Below, piece after piece: positions 19,744-30,788 of a stretch of 64,000 nt of DNA (its first letter is position 1; each line of letters starts with the position of its first letter). The notes below the pieces were generated by a model. That model did not search any database. It saw only the letters and a list, made by a program, of their open reading frames with translations, and was not told the DNA's origin. A program made the translations under genes and the position numbers. The stretch comes from Candidatus Borrarchaeum weybense (GTDB taxonomy: Archaea > Asgardarchaeota > Sifarchaeia > Borrarchaeales > Borrarchaeaceae). The DNA is taken from assembly GCA_019057385.1 (NCBI GenBank), contig JAHQJS010000005.1:224799-288798 (forward strand). Reading direction: 5' to 3'.

Positions 19744-22497
19744 ATGGCGATTTCGAAAGCAGAACTCAGGAAAATGTTTACAAGAGATAACTATGAAGTC
19801 GAAATATTTCGGGAGAAGGAATTCACACGAAAACAATGCAATGTTTGTGGAAGTTTCTATTGGACACTAAATCCTGAAAAGAACTCATCATGTGGAGATA
19901 CTCAATGCGTAGGGGGCTATCAGTTTATTGGAGATAGTCTAAATGGCGGTTGGGATTTCCATGAAGCAATCGCTCGCTGGAATGACTTTTTTGAGCGACA
20001 TGGTCATGCAAAAATATCCGAATATCCTATAGTAGCTAGATGGAGAGATGATATTCCATTTACCATTGCTTCAATAGCCTGTTTTCAACCCTGGGTGGTT
20101 AATGGAACAGTAGATCCGCCAGCAAATCCACTCGTCATTCCACAACCCTGCTTAAGAACTATTGATATAGATAATATCGGACGTACTGGTCGTCATTTAT
20201 CTTCTTTTATCATGGGAGGACAACACGCCTTTAATTCAGACCATCTTAAAGGATATTGGATGGATCGTTGTATAGAACTAAATTTCAAATTTTTGACAGA
20301 AGAAATGCGAATACCTCAAGAAGAACTCACATATAAAGAAGATGTGTGGGCAGGTGGAGGGAATTTCGGCCCCTGTTTGGAAGCGTTCTCAAAAGGACTT
20401 GAAATCGTTAATAATGTTTTCATGCAGTACCAATTTACAAATGGTGCTCATAAACAACTTGATATCCGCGTTATAGATGTCGGATGGGGACTTGAACGTC
20501 TTGCATTCTTCACACAAGGTTCCCCGACAATATATGAGGCTACATTTGGACCTGTGTTAGAGTTTGTGAAAAAAGAAGTGGGCATTTCCACAAATCAACG
20601 ACTTCTAGGTAAATATGTGATACTTGCAGGGCTATTAGATGTTGATGAAGTCAAAAATATCGATTCGGTTAGAAAGCATATTGCTCATCAACTGGAAGTT
20701 GACCCCGTAGAATTGGAGCGAGAAATAGCACCGCTCGAAGCAGTCTATGCAATTGTCGATCATATGAGAACTTTAGTTTTTGCAGTTGCAGATGGCGCTA
20801 TCCCCAGCAACATTGGTGGAGGTTATAACCTTCGTATGCTTCTTAGAAGGGCAATAACTTTCAATAGCCATTTTGATTTCAATTTAGATCTTATTGAGAT
20901 GTGTCATAAACATATAGAATACCTACAGAAAACTTATCGGCGTGTAAAAACCGCATCAGAAATAATTGATGAACTCTTCAGTTTAGAAAAACAACGATAC
21001 AATAAAACCATTGAAAGTGGACGTGCTTTAGTAAAACGTCATCTCAAAAAGAAGAAAAAAATCGATCGTAAGATTCTAACAGAGTGGTACACAGCTAATG
21101 GAATTCTTCCTGAAATAGTTTCTGAGGAAGCACAAAAATTAGGAACCACCGTGGAAATCCCCGCAGATTTCTTCAAGGAACTTAGTGAAAAAAAGATTAT
21201 AGACAAACCCAAACTAATTGAAGAGGATCTTGAACAAAAAGTAAAAACTTTAGATGCCACAGATAGACTATATTACTCCGATGGTCCGTACAAAACTGAG
21301 TTTAATGCACGAATACTGAAGATTATAGACGGCAATCAATTGGTACTTGACAAGACTATGTTTTATCCTACCAGCGGAGGACAGTTGTTCGATACAGGAA
21401 CCTTAGATAAGTTCAAAGTTATAGATGTATTAAACGTAGGGAAAGTGATAGTGCATAAAATTGATGATATCATCCCTCAAGAGTACAAAGGACGAACAAT
21501 ACAAGGGCGTATTAACTGGGGGCGTCGAATTGAACTTATGAGACATCATACTGCCACGCATATAATTAATGCGGCTGCAAGAACCCTTTTAGGATCTCAT
21601 GTCTGGCAAGTGGGTGCTGAGAAGTCACCAGAAAGAGCAAGACTAGACATTTCACATTTTAAATCATTATCTGCCGATGAATTGAGAGAAATCGAGGCGA
21701 AGGCGAATTTTGCCGTTATGCAAAATAAACCGATTCATACAGAATGGAAATTAAGAAATGAAGCGGAACAAGAGTATGGCTTTACAATTTATCAAGGAGG
21801 GGCAGCAGGCGGAGGTAGGGAACTCAGGATTATCAAGATAGAAGACTGGGATGCTGAGGCCTGTGGAGGCCTTCACCTTAGTTTAACCGGCGAGGCTGGT
21901 GTAATCAAAATAATTAGTTCTGAACGAATCCAAGATGGAGTTGTCAGGCTAGAATTTACAGCAGGAGAAGCGGCAGTAAGATATATGCAACAAAGAGACC
22001 AACTACTTGAAAAAACCGCTCAAATCCTTCGAGTACCAATAGATCAAGTACCAAGAACTGCTATTAAGTTCTTTGAAGAATGGAAAGAACGAGGAAAACT
22101 TATTGAAAAATTGACAGACGAATTGATTCTTGAAAAGATACCCAAACTCATCGAAAACGCCATTATCATTAATGATATTTCATTAGTGTTGGCTGAAATT
22201 CCAGGAACGCGAGAAGAATTAATAAAAGTAAGTAAGAAGATTACTGACGAAAACCCATCAACTATAGCTATATTAGTGAATAAAAACCAGAAAGTTACTA
22301 TAGTTGGGTCATCCGGAAATTCAATTCTGATCGATCTGATACCAATTATACAAGAAGCCTGCGTTATGGCCGGAGGAGGAGCTGGAGGAAATAAAAAGGA
22401 GCGATTAGTAATAGGCGGAGGTCCTGATACTTCAAAATTTGAAAAAATAATGGTTAAACTTAAAAAACTTGTTTTAGACGCTCTAGAAAATCTCTAG
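19744..22497 (+). CDS. alaS: alanine--tRNA ligase
   Basis: Archaeal AlaRS N-terminus, YPIVARWRDD, HxxxH and CGGLH editing motifs, C-Ala domain. Confidence 0.97.
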   Translation: MAISKAELRKMFTRDNYEVEIFREKEFTRKQCNVCGSFYWTLNPEKNSSCGDTQCVGGYQFIGDSLNGGWDFHEAIARWNDFFERHGHAKISEYPIVARWRDDIPFTIASIACFQPWVVNGTVDPPANPLVIPQPCLRTIDIDNIGRTGRHLSSFIMGGQHAFNSDHLKGYWMDRCIELNFKFLTEEMRIPQEELTYKEDVWAGGGNFGPCLEAFSKGLEIVNNVFMQYQFTNGAHKQLDIRVIDVGWGLERLAFFTQGSPTIYEATFGPVLEFVKKEVGISTNQRLLGKYVILAGLLDVDEVKNIDSVRKHIAHQLEVDPVELEREIAPLEAVYAIVDHMRTLVFAVADGAIPSNIGGGYNLRMLLRRAITFNSHFDFNLDLIEMCHKHIEYLQKTYRRVKTASEIIDELFSLEKQRYNKTIESGRALVKRHLKKKKKIDRKILTEWYTANGILPEIVSEEAQKLGTTVEIPADFFKELSEKKIIDKPKLIEEDLEQKVKTLDATDRLYYSDGPYKTEFNARILKIIDGNQLVLDKTMFYPTSGGQLFDTGTLDKFKVIDVLNVGKVIVHKIDDIIPQEYKGRTIQGRINWGRRIELMRHHTATHIINAAARTLLGSHVWQVGAEKSPERARLDISHFKSLSADELREIEAKANFAVMQNKPIHTEWKLRNEAEQEYGFTIYQGGAAGGGRELRIIKIEDWDAEACGGLHLSLTGEAGVIKIISSERIQDGVVRLEFTAGEAAVRYMQQRDQLLEKTAQILRVPIDQVPRTAIKFFEEWKERGKLIEKLTDELILEKIPKLIENAIIINDISLVLAEIPGTREELIKVSKKITDENPSTIAILVNKNQKVTIVGSSGNSILIDLIPIIQEACVMAGGGAGGNKKERLVIGGGPDTSKFEKIMVKLKKLVLDALENL

Positions 22498-22594
22498 AAA
22501 ACCTTCGTTAATAAAAACCTTCATTAAGGACAGTTTAGATCATTTATAAGAGTAGATTGAACCGATTCAATAACTAGAATGAAGTGAGAGCATT

Positions 22595-22870
22595 ATGACT
22601 GTGATTGCGAAACACCTTCGTTGCGACGCACAAAAGATGTGTATACAGTGCAGCGATTATTTATGGAGCCCAGAAAAGAAAGGGGAACATGGAGCGATGA
22701 ACATTTATTATTATTGCCCCTTTTGCAAAATGGATATACTATGCGAGAGAGGTGTCGGAATGCGCTTCACACATGATCGACAGGGGCAAATAGGCAAGAT
22801 ATATGTATGTGTAAAATGCGGAGGAAAACTAGTAGAGCGCATTTGGCCTTTTGGAAAGGATCTAGAATAG
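22595..22870 (+). CDS. small Cys-rich zinc-finger protein
   Basis: 91 aa with several CxxC pairs. Confidence 0.55.
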   Translation: MTVIAKHLRCDAQKMCIQCSDYLWSPEKKGEHGAMNIYYYCPFCKMDILCERGVGMRFTHDRQGQIGKIYVCVKCGGKLVERIWPFGKDLE

Positions 22871-23398
22871 GATTTCCTATCTAGATAAATCTAATATCAA
22901 AGAATTGTATCAAACTACGCTTGAACTGTCTATTTTTTTTAATGAGTCTAAGAATGAACTAAAAAAAAATTTAATACACCTTAATCAATTAAGATACTCA
23001 AGAGCGCAGCATTTTAATGGTTGTTTAATAAAACGCGTCTGATCATATGCAAAGTTAGGGAGTAGTTAATCAATCAGAGTATAAATTGAGCATATATACA
23101 TGATCGTGTTAATTTTCAATAAAAAACTATCGGAAGATTTACACCAAAACAAAAAATATATAAAGGACTTTGAATACGGGTTTATTGACGACCTCTCTTA
23201 CACTTCACTTTTATGTGGATCGATTTTAGTATCCCCACTTCCTTTTTCTAAAATTTTTTATTCGTCAAAAAATTATTAGTATGATGTTTTTTTAACTAAA
23301 ATAATAAAATATCTCATATTCTATAACTTAGCTAACAAGCACATTTTTGAAGCATTAAAAAGCATCCTTTTAAGATAAAAGCAAAAAGGCGATTAGCA

Positions 23399-23755
23399 AT
23401 GACTGCAAAGAAGTACTGTGTCACTCTGAGGAACATAACGCTCAAGAAAATCGACTCGATGTTAAAAAAGATGGGTTTTGTTGAATATGAAGAAATTTCT
23501 CGTGATGCAAGGGCTGAATACCACTTCTATTGGAACGATAGACAATTGCATTTAAGGATTTTCTCGCTTTCTGAATCAGAAGAAATATTTGGGATCAGAG
23601 CTCATACAGAACCTTCAATAAAAACTAACCCTCAGTGGCACTTGGAACGCTTTCTGGAACAACAAGCGGGCGATTTACGAGAAAAATCGCATTATGGGGC
23701 GGGATGCAGAAAATTTAAGGCTATGTTGAAGCAGTATAGACGTTCTCATAAATAA
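23399..23755 (+). CDS. hypothetical protein
   Basis: 118-aa ORF with normal composition; no family recognised. Confidence 0.55.
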   Translation: MTAKKYCVTLRNITLKKIDSMLKKMGFVEYEEISRDARAEYHFYWNDRQLHLRIFSLSESEEIFGIRAHTEPSIKTNPQWHLERFLEQQAGDLREKSHYGAGCRKFKAMLKQYRRSHK

Positions 23756-23775
23756 TATCTTAACTAAAAGGGAAA

Positions 23776-23882
23776 TGGCGGGTCCGGCGAGATTTGAACT
23801 CGCGATCGCCCAGCAACATCGATATGATGGTTGCAATCAGGCTTAGGAGGCCTGTGCCCTATCCTGGCTAGGCCACGGACCC
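23776..23882 (-). tRNA. tRNA-Arg(CCU) with one intron at about 45/46 (23807-23835)
   Basis: GGGTCCG acceptor, A20, CAGGC-CTCCTAA-GCCTG anticodon arm, G73, encoded CCA; 29-nt hairpin insert in the variable region. Confidence 0.9.
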
Positions 23883-23969
23883 TTATTTTGAAGTTATGTT
23901 TTCAAGATTCTCCGCTAACAACTTAGAAAAATTATTGCATTTGTGGAGCACATAAAATCCTTTTCAAAA

Positions 23970-24107
23970 TGGCGGGTCCGATGGGATTCGAACCCATGAG
24001 TCGACGCACTCCTCCGAATTGAGGGAGAGCATTTCCGGCTTCGAAGGCTTACGCCCTAGACACAATGTGTCAAGGTCGGCGCCTCATCCAGGCTAGGCCA
24101 CGGACCC
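23970..24107 (-). tRNA. tRNA-Arg(UCG) with two introns (29/30: 24049-24076; variable region: about 24000-24031)
   Basis: Removing 28- and 32-nt hairpin inserts gives a 78-nt cloverleaf with CCGGC-CTTCGAA-GCCGG; exact register of the second intron is ambiguous. Confidence 0.88.
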
Positions 24108-24314
24108 ATTTTTAAGGTCTTGTTAAGACTAGTAACTTATAGAGGAATCGTTGTCAGAAGTATAGTATATCTTGAGTTTTTAACTTTATCGGCAGAAACG
24201 CCTCTTCCGTACGCGAGAACTACTTACAGTTCATTCCTTACAAAATAAGAAGAAAAAAAGGATGTAAAGGAACCACATTTGTTTTGTTGAGTCACTAGAC
24301 AACAGAAGACTGCA

Positions 24315-24896
24315 TCAGGCGAGGAGAATAATAATCGCGTATCCGATTGCAATGAAGCCAAGAGGTACTGAGATCAAGGGAAATGTCAGAACCTTTGCAA
24401 TAAACTCCAGCAACTCCTCAAGCCATTTGAACAGGAAGAACACAATCCCACCAAAGATTATAAAGACTATTGCAATGATCAGCCAGTTACTAGCTAAGGA
24501 TACGCCTAATGAGACCATTATAAAGACCGCGACACCAGCAGCGATAAGCCCACCGACTAAACCTAGCAGAGCAGCCCATGGGACAACAGTCCATGGTTTC
24601 ATAATGTTTGCAATACCGATTACTAATAATAAGGCAATTAATATAGTGTCTCCGAGCCATGATGGGGCTTGGCCTGCGGGAAACGCAGTATCAGGAGTTA
24701 CCCAAACTACAACGCCAGTCACAACACACAAGATACCAATAAAGAAGCCAAGGGCAGCAAAGATTTTGACAAAAACAGCAAAAACCTCTCCTACTTTACC
24801 CATACGTTCAGCGATTTTTTCACTTAACCACGCAATAGCAAGAAGTCCTGCAACTATGAGAATAGCCGGTGCAAATTGAGCGAGAACTGTTACCAT
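24315..24896 (-). CDS. hypothetical integral membrane protein
   Basis: 193 aa, about six hydrophobic segments; GGTGA SD. Confidence 0.75.
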   Translation of the reverse strand: MVTVLAQFAPAILIVAGLLAIAWLSEKIAERMGKVGEVFAVFVKIFAALGFFIGILCVVTGVVVWVTPDTAFPAGQAPSWLGDTILIALLLVIGIANIMKPWTVVPWAALLGLVGGLIAAGVAVFIMVSLGVSLASNWLIIAIVFIIFGGIVFFLFKWLEELLEFIAKVLTFPLISVPLGFIAIGYAIIILLA

Positions 24897-25194
24897 AATT
24901 CATCACCGATCGTTTTCATTCTTTTATTTTTTGATTCGAGAGACGAGAATTCTTCTTATAAGAAGAAACTGCACGGTGGTTAAAATATGTTTTGCCTTTA
25001 TCAGAAACTTCGAGTATTCAGGTCTTTAATTAGTTGTTTGAACATAGATTTTCGAATTTGGTGAAAAACAGTTTTAAATTCGCGCGCAAATAAATCACCA
25101 TATACTTTAACATGTTGAAAGCACTAAATTATACTTAACTTAAATTTCATAGTTAAGCGAGAGGAATCTGGCAATAGATAAGGTCAATGAATGA

Positions 25195-27204
25195 GTGTGT
25201 ATTTCCTTGAACGAAGAAGCCCATGAAGAAGCCATTTCTTTGAAAATGAGTGTTGAAAAAACCGCGCTTAGCCCCGGAGAACTATTTAACGTCTTCTTTA
25301 CTATAGAATCTCATATTTCCCACAGTTTTAAACGGTTTCAGCATCTGCCAAAGGTATTCAAACTTGCACAAGTTGAAGAATTTCCAAGAAAATTCAAAGA
25401 AGGGGATGAAACGCATCAGAAAGTCAGTTTCGTCGCACCGAGTGGTCAAGTTCCTAGTGATTTTGAACTCTTTTTTGAGTTTATATTTGAGAAAGAGGAT
25501 ACAAGTTTGCTTATTACTACTGTGCCTCTCCTGATAAGGATAATGAGGCCCGAAGAAATCCCCTCTGATCAATTAAGTATCATTGCAGACCATAAAATTG
25601 ATATAAATGGCAATTTGACCACGTCATTGCAGGAATTTCCAAAAATGAACGGAACACATACTGTTCTATCCGAAGAAACTGAATTAGTAGAAATAGAAAC
25701 CAGAATCGTGGCTGCTGAAGAAGTTGACGAACTATCTCCTCCTGAGATAGAGAGTTTTGATACGCTAATTGAAGAACAAGTGGGGACAAGCGAATTACTG
25801 TTGGAACCTGAAGAACAAGTGGAGACAAGTGAATTACTGTTGGAACCTGAAGATACACCAACAAACAATATTTTATCAGAAGATAAAACAGAAATGTTAA
25901 CAGACAAGATTTCGGAATATACTCGAAAAATTGTCTCCCTAGAAGATCAACTTAAGAAGCAAACAAGAGACCTAAAGCTCAAAGAAGAAGATCTAAAAAA
26001 TCGAGAAGAAGAAATAATGATCTTGAAAAATGAAAACACTCGTTTAGACGATGCTATCGGAAAATATCGTGCAAATATAAATGACCTTGAGAGAACTTTA
26101 GAGGACATTACCCCTCGTCTAAGTGAATTTGAAACCAAATTTTCAGAGCGTGGCAAAAAAATCAATCAACAAGAGGGAATTAACGCAAATTTGAGGACAG
26201 AACTTGATGAAAAGGATAAGGAATTAAAACAGCAAAAAGATGAAATTGAGAAACTATCAGAGCACAAATCAAAAACTGAAAAACAAATTGCTTTGTTAAA
26301 AACAAAAACTGAAGAATTAGAGTTACTTGCATCAGAACAAGCAGCAAAAGTAATAGCTCTCGAAGAGACTCGAAAAGAATTAAATGACCATCTCGATGAA
26401 AAAACGGAAGAAATCATGAAAATAAAGAACGAACGTGACCAACTTCAAGTAAAACAACGCGAACTAAAGCGTGTGATAACACAATTATCGCAGCAGATAG
26501 AAGATGAACTCAAACCGCATATTGAACAACTTCAAGAAGCACTTGTCGAGCGCGAATCGAAGATTAATCAACTCAAACGACGACTTAGTAGCGCCGATAA
26601 CCAGTTGAATGAAAAAGACACCGTAATTGAACAACTAAATAAGGAACTCGGAATTCTAAAAGAACAATTTATTATAGAGCCCGAAGATAAGATAATCGAA
26701 TACTATGGTCCTACTGAAGAGATGATTACTACCGAAGAGCCATACACACCTCCTAGAGAACCAGAAGTTGAAGAGCTAATTGATACGCCTGAATCTATAG
26801 CTCTTTCTGAGAACCTTCTTGCATCACCTGAAGAAGATGGGCTTATTGAAGAGAGTGCCGTCAGTGAAACAAAAGAAACTTCTAGAGAAAAAGAAATCGA
26901 AGAATTCATTGTAAAAGGGGGAGAATTCGGCACAGAAGAGATTGAACTGCCTATCATAGACGAAACCAAAGAATTTTATGAAGAAGAGATCGAAGAAAAA
27001 GAAATATTAATCCCGGATGCTCCGAAATGCAAGATTTGTGGGTCCACATCATGTCCTACCTGTGGATCCTCGTTATCATACTGCAAAGTTCGTTGCACTC
27101 ATTGTAGCTCCATTATGCATCGACACTGTGCAGAAGGGATGAGATCCTCCGAAAATGATGTTTTTATAAGCTGTCCAACTTGTAATGAGAAAGTTGTTTT
27201 GTAA
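25195..27204 (+). CDS. acidic coiled-coil protein with C-terminal PHD/RING-like finger
   Basis: Long heptad region; C-terminal CKIC...CPTC...CTHC...HRHC...CPTC; exact start uncertain. Confidence 0.75.
   Translation: MCISLNEEAHEEAISLKMSVEKTALSPGELFNVFFTIESHISHSFKRFQHLPKVFKLAQVEEFPRKFKEGDETHQKVSFVAPSGQVPSDFELFFEFIFEKEDTSLLITTVPLLIRIMRPEEIPSDQLSIIADHKIDINGNLTTSLQEFPKMNGTHTVLSEETELVEIETRIVAAEEVDELSPPEIESFDTLIEEQVGTSELLLEPEEQVETSELLLEPEDTPTNNILSEDKTEMLTDKISEYTRKIVSLEDQLKKQTRDLKLKEEDLKNREEEIMILKNENTRLDDAIGKYRANINDLERTLEDITPRLSEFETKFSERGKKINQQEGINANLRTELDEKDKELKQQKDEIEKLSEHKSKTEKQIALLKTKTEELELLASEQAAKVIALEETRKELNDHLDEKTEEIMKIKNERDQLQVKQRELKRVITQLSQQIEDELKPHIEQLQEALVERESKINQLKRRLSSADNQLNEKDTVIEQLNKELGILKEQFIIEPEDKIIEYYGPTEEMITTEEPYTPPREPEVEELIDTPESIALSENLLASPEEDGLIEESAVSETKETSREKEIEEFIVKGGEFGTEEIELPIIDETKEFYEEEIEEKEILIPDAPKCKICGSTSCPTCGSSLSYCKVRCTHCSSIMHRHCAEGMRSSENDVFISCPTCNEKVVL
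25771..25848 (+). repeat. 39-bp in-frame tandem repeat (two copies)
   Basis: Encodes EEQVGTSELLLEP / EEQVETSELLLEP. Confidence 0.9.
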
Positions 27205-27518
27205 ACATTAATAGAATATTTTCATTATTTAACAGAAGTCTAACCCCTCAAAAAGAGACATTTGCTTGAAAACAAGCTTATAGTGAACCTCAAATTCGTT
27301 TTAAGTTACTGAAATATTTGTATAAGGCGTTAATATTTTAAATGAATTAATGGATGATACTTTGTCCTTTTCATGTAAGAATAACAAAAGGACTCTAATC
27401 CCATTTCAAGAACCCAATCATTTTATTGATTATTGAACTCAAAAACTGGCAAGTAGGCTGCACTCTAAGAAAAAGAATTAGCAATTACTTGTTAAGGTCA
27501 TTAGGAGGAAAGAGTATA

Positions 27519-30506
27519 TTGAAAATGTCAAGAAAATTTACGCCAGTATCTATTGAAGAAACGATTTTGAAATTTTGGGAGGATAATAAGATCTATCAAA
27601 AAACGAAAGATTATCGAAAGGGCAAAGAAAAGTTTTACTTCTGCGATGGTCCCCCTTATACGACTGGGAGCATTCATTTAGGCACTGCATGGAATAAAAT
27701 CATCAAAGATTTCTTCCTCAGATACAGGCGCATGAGAGGTTATGACGTCTATGATCGCCCAGGGTATGATATGCACGGATTACCCATTGAAGTCGCTATT
27801 GAGAAGAAACTGGGCATCGAAACGAAAAAGCAAATCGTTTCATTTGGCGTGGAACGCTTTATTGAAGAATGTAGAGCATTTGCGATTGAAAACCTCAATA
27901 AGATGACAGAACAATTTAAAAGGTTAGCTGTGTGGATGGATTGGGAAGATCCGTACATGACAATCAAAGATTCTTATATCGAGGGTGCTTGGTGGGCACT
28001 TAAGAAAGCGTATGAAAAGGATCTTCTATACAAAGGCACGAGAGTATTGAATTCTTGCCCTAGATGTGAAACTGTTCTCGCTAAGCATGAGTATGAGTAT
28101 AAGACAGTTGGAGATCCTTCAATTTTTGTAAAATTTCAACTAAGAGACACGCCAAATGAATATTTCATAGTTTGGACAACGACACCTTGGACTCTCCCTA
28201 GCGACTTAGCAGTTATGGTACACCCAGAGTTCGAATACGTTCGTGCTCAGGTTGAAGATGAAATCTGGATCATTGGAAAGTTTGTCTCAGTAGGTATTAT
28301 TTCAGCAATGCTTGAAAAAAAATTCAAGGTAATCGAAGAAGTCACAGGTGAAATACTGCGGGAAAGAGGACTCCGTTATATTCATCCGCTCATTGAAGAA
28401 GTTCCTATTATGCAGGAATTTTATGAAAAATATCCGGAAGCACATTCTGTATTATTGAGCAGTGAGTTTGTAACGAAACTGCAAGGTACTGGTATCGTTC
28501 ATAGCTCTCCTGGGGCTGGACCTGAGGACTTTGAGGTAGGAACAAGATATGGACTTCCTCCTTTTTCGCCACTTGATGAAGCTGGACGTTTTACTGAAGA
28601 GGCTGGAAAATACGCTGGATTATTTGTTAAAGATGCAGATCCTATCATAATTGAGGATTTAAGGAGAAAAGGTCTGCTTCTTGCGACTCATCGAGTTGAA
28701 CACGAGTATGCTCATTGCTGGAGATGCAAGAGCCCTTTGATATTTCAAGCTACAAGCCAATGGATGTTGAATTTAACGAAAGAAAAAGAAAAGATTCTTG
28801 CAGAAAATGACAAAGTTAAATGGTCTCCAGATTGGGCAGGTAGTCAGAGTTTTAGGAGCTGGTTAGAAAACCTGCAAGATTGGTGCATTAGTCGACAAAG
28901 ATATTGGGGTATACCTCTACCGCTCTGGATTTGCGATGCATGTGAATCTATTGAGGTTATAGGATCAAGAAAAGAACTATTAGGTATGTATGGAAAACCT
29001 GTTGATGATTTTCACCGACCTTGGATTGATGAGGTAACATGGGTTTGTGCCTGTGGTGGTACCTTTCGAAGGGTACCCGATGTATTAGACGTTTGGCTGG
29101 ACAGTGGCGCAGCAACATGGGCTATCTTGCCCTATCCTGAAGATCCTAAAACCTACGATTACTGGTGGCCTGCCGACTTCATTTTAGAAGGTAAAGATCA
29201 AGTTAGAGGCTGGTTCAACTCACAAATCTGTCTAAGTGTTGTAGCAAACGATAGGAGACCTTACGAGGCAGTTTATATGCATGGTTTTGTTGCAGATACC
29301 GAGGGACGGAAAATGAGCAAATCTTTAGGAAATGCAATTGAACCCAGTGCCGTTATTGAGAAGTATGGCTCCGAAGCGTTTAGATTCTATTCTTTAGCTA
29401 CACCTCCAGGCGAAGATATGAAATTCGATTTTAAAACTCAACAGGATTACTTCAAAATTCTGAATATTCTTTGGAACACTTACATGTTCGCAATATCACG
29501 AGTCAAAGAGTCCAACTTTAATGTACAGGACCATTCTCTCGATACTGCTGAACTTCAGATAGAAGATAATTGGCTTATTTCGCGTTTCCACTCTGCACTT
29601 AACAAGATGACCCGCGCCTTCGAAGCAATGCGCCCGGGAGATACAATTCCCATTATGCAGGAATTAATTGTTGAAGACATAAGTAGATGGTATATTCGCC
29701 TAATCCGAGAACGCACATGGATTTCTGAGTCGGGATCAAGCAAAGCAACTGCACTTACTACCCTTGTAACTGTCCTCACAGAAACTGCCAAGATGTTTGC
29801 TCCTGTTCTCCCAATAATAGCAGAATCAGTCTATCAAAATTTCATTCGTGAACAATATCCTGATTTGCCTGAGTCTATCCATATGTGCGATTGGTCTGAA
29901 GTTAACGAATCATTCCGTGATGAAAAACTAGAAAATGCTATGAAAGACGCACGAAAAATTGTAGAACTTACTCTAGCGCTTCGAGATGAGCATAATATCA
30001 AATTAAGATGGCCTTGTAAGAGACTCGTTGTGATATCGAAAGAAGGTTTTGGTGATATATCAGAAGTAATTCCCGCAATCGTTCACGAGGCAAATGTAAA
30101 AGATGTGCTTGTAACTGAAACGTTACCTAGTTCAACAGAACATTTAGTTGGTATGGTAAGCGATTCATTTGACCTCTACCTCGATTTAGAAATCACTGAT
30201 GAAATTGCCTCAGAAAGACTTGTAAGAGAATTCATGCGCCAAGTACAATTTACTCGAAAGAAAAACAGACTTAATGTAAGTGATCGTGTTGACCTCATTG
30301 TAGTAACTCAAGATGACAAAATCAGACAGTATTTAACAGAGTGGCGAGAAGAAATCATCGCAAAAGTCGGAGCGCAAAACTATGAGGCACAAAAGAACGA
30401 TATAGAAGAAGATTTTAAAGATCACTACCCCATATTCAGTGAATTGCAGTATGAGAATGCCAAAGTCAAAATATATATGAAAAAAACTTCCCTTTCTTCT
30501 AAATGA
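27519..30506 (+). CDS. ileS: isoleucine--tRNA ligase (archaeal/eukaryotic type)
   Basis: DGPPY..IHLGT, WTTTPWTLP, WCISRQRYWG and KMSKS; start TTG 27519 or ATG 27525 after GGAGG. Confidence 0.97.
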   Translation: MKMSRKFTPVSIEETILKFWEDNKIYQKTKDYRKGKEKFYFCDGPPYTTGSIHLGTAWNKIIKDFFLRYRRMRGYDVYDRPGYDMHGLPIEVAIEKKLGIETKKQIVSFGVERFIEECRAFAIENLNKMTEQFKRLAVWMDWEDPYMTIKDSYIEGAWWALKKAYEKDLLYKGTRVLNSCPRCETVLAKHEYEYKTVGDPSIFVKFQLRDTPNEYFIVWTTTPWTLPSDLAVMVHPEFEYVRAQVEDEIWIIGKFVSVGIISAMLEKKFKVIEEVTGEILRERGLRYIHPLIEEVPIMQEFYEKYPEAHSVLLSSEFVTKLQGTGIVHSSPGAGPEDFEVGTRYGLPPFSPLDEAGRFTEEAGKYAGLFVKDADPIIIEDLRRKGLLLATHRVEHEYAHCWRCKSPLIFQATSQWMLNLTKEKEKILAENDKVKWSPDWAGSQSFRSWLENLQDWCISRQRYWGIPLPLWICDACESIEVIGSRKELLGMYGKPVDDFHRPWIDEVTWVCACGGTFRRVPDVLDVWLDSGAATWAILPYPEDPKTYDYWWPADFILEGKDQVRGWFNSQICLSVVANDRRPYEAVYMHGFVADTEGRKMSKSLGNAIEPSAVIEKYGSEAFRFYSLATPPGEDMKFDFKTQQDYFKILNILWNTYMFAISRVKESNFNVQDHSLDTAELQIEDNWLISRFHSALNKMTRAFEAMRPGDTIPIMQELIVEDISRWYIRLIRERTWISESGSSKATALTTLVTVLTETAKMFAPVLPIIAESVYQNFIREQYPDLPESIHMCDWSEVNESFRDEKLENAMKDARKIVELTLALRDEHNIKLRWPCKRLVVISKEGFGDISEVIPAIVHEANVKDVLVTETLPSSTEHLVGMVSDSFDLYLDLEITDEIASERLVREFMRQVQFTRKKNRLNVSDRVDLIVVTQDDKIRQYLTEWREEIIAKVGAQNYEAQKNDIEEDFKDHYPIFSELQYENAKVKIYMKKTSLSSK

Positions 30507-30590
30507 CAAAGGTGTGGAAGAACTTCAAATAATGGAAATGGCGAGTGATCGAAAGATATTAAATAAAACACCTAATATTTCGTTACATGA

Positions 30591-30788
30591 GGGTCCGTGG
30601 CCTAGCCAGGTTAGCAGCGCTTCAATGTGCTGACCGAGGGGCGCCGGCCTTATATGACCTCGTCCCATACAAAGCAGGCCTAAGATAGCCGGAGACTGCC
30701 TGTTTCTTGCTATTACCGGCAGCCGAAGATCGCGGGTTCGAATGTCTTGAGCAAATCGCTCATTTCGAAAAGCCCGCCGGACCCACCA
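30591..30788 (+). tRNA. tRNA-Ile(UAU) with four introns (30614-30638, 30655-30686, 30695-30728, 30743-30771)
   Basis: Removing four BHB-bounded inserts gives a 78-nt cloverleaf GGGUCCGUGGCCUAGCCAGGUUAGGGCGCCGGCCU-UAU-AAGCCGGAGAUCGCGGGUUCGAAGCCCGCCGGACCCACCA with A73. Confidence 0.85.

Noticed and set aside
22871-23398. Long AT-rich intergenic region as ncRNA or replication origin
   Set aside because: No ORB-like repeats, no cdc6, and no convincing structure beyond a short hairpin at the end of the upstream ORF.
30651-30653. AUA reassigned to Arg by an Arg-bodied UAU tRNA
   Set aside because: Arg determinants A20 and C35 are absent and ATA codons occupy ordinary Ile positions in conserved proteins here (e.g. 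PyrI GTVIDH).
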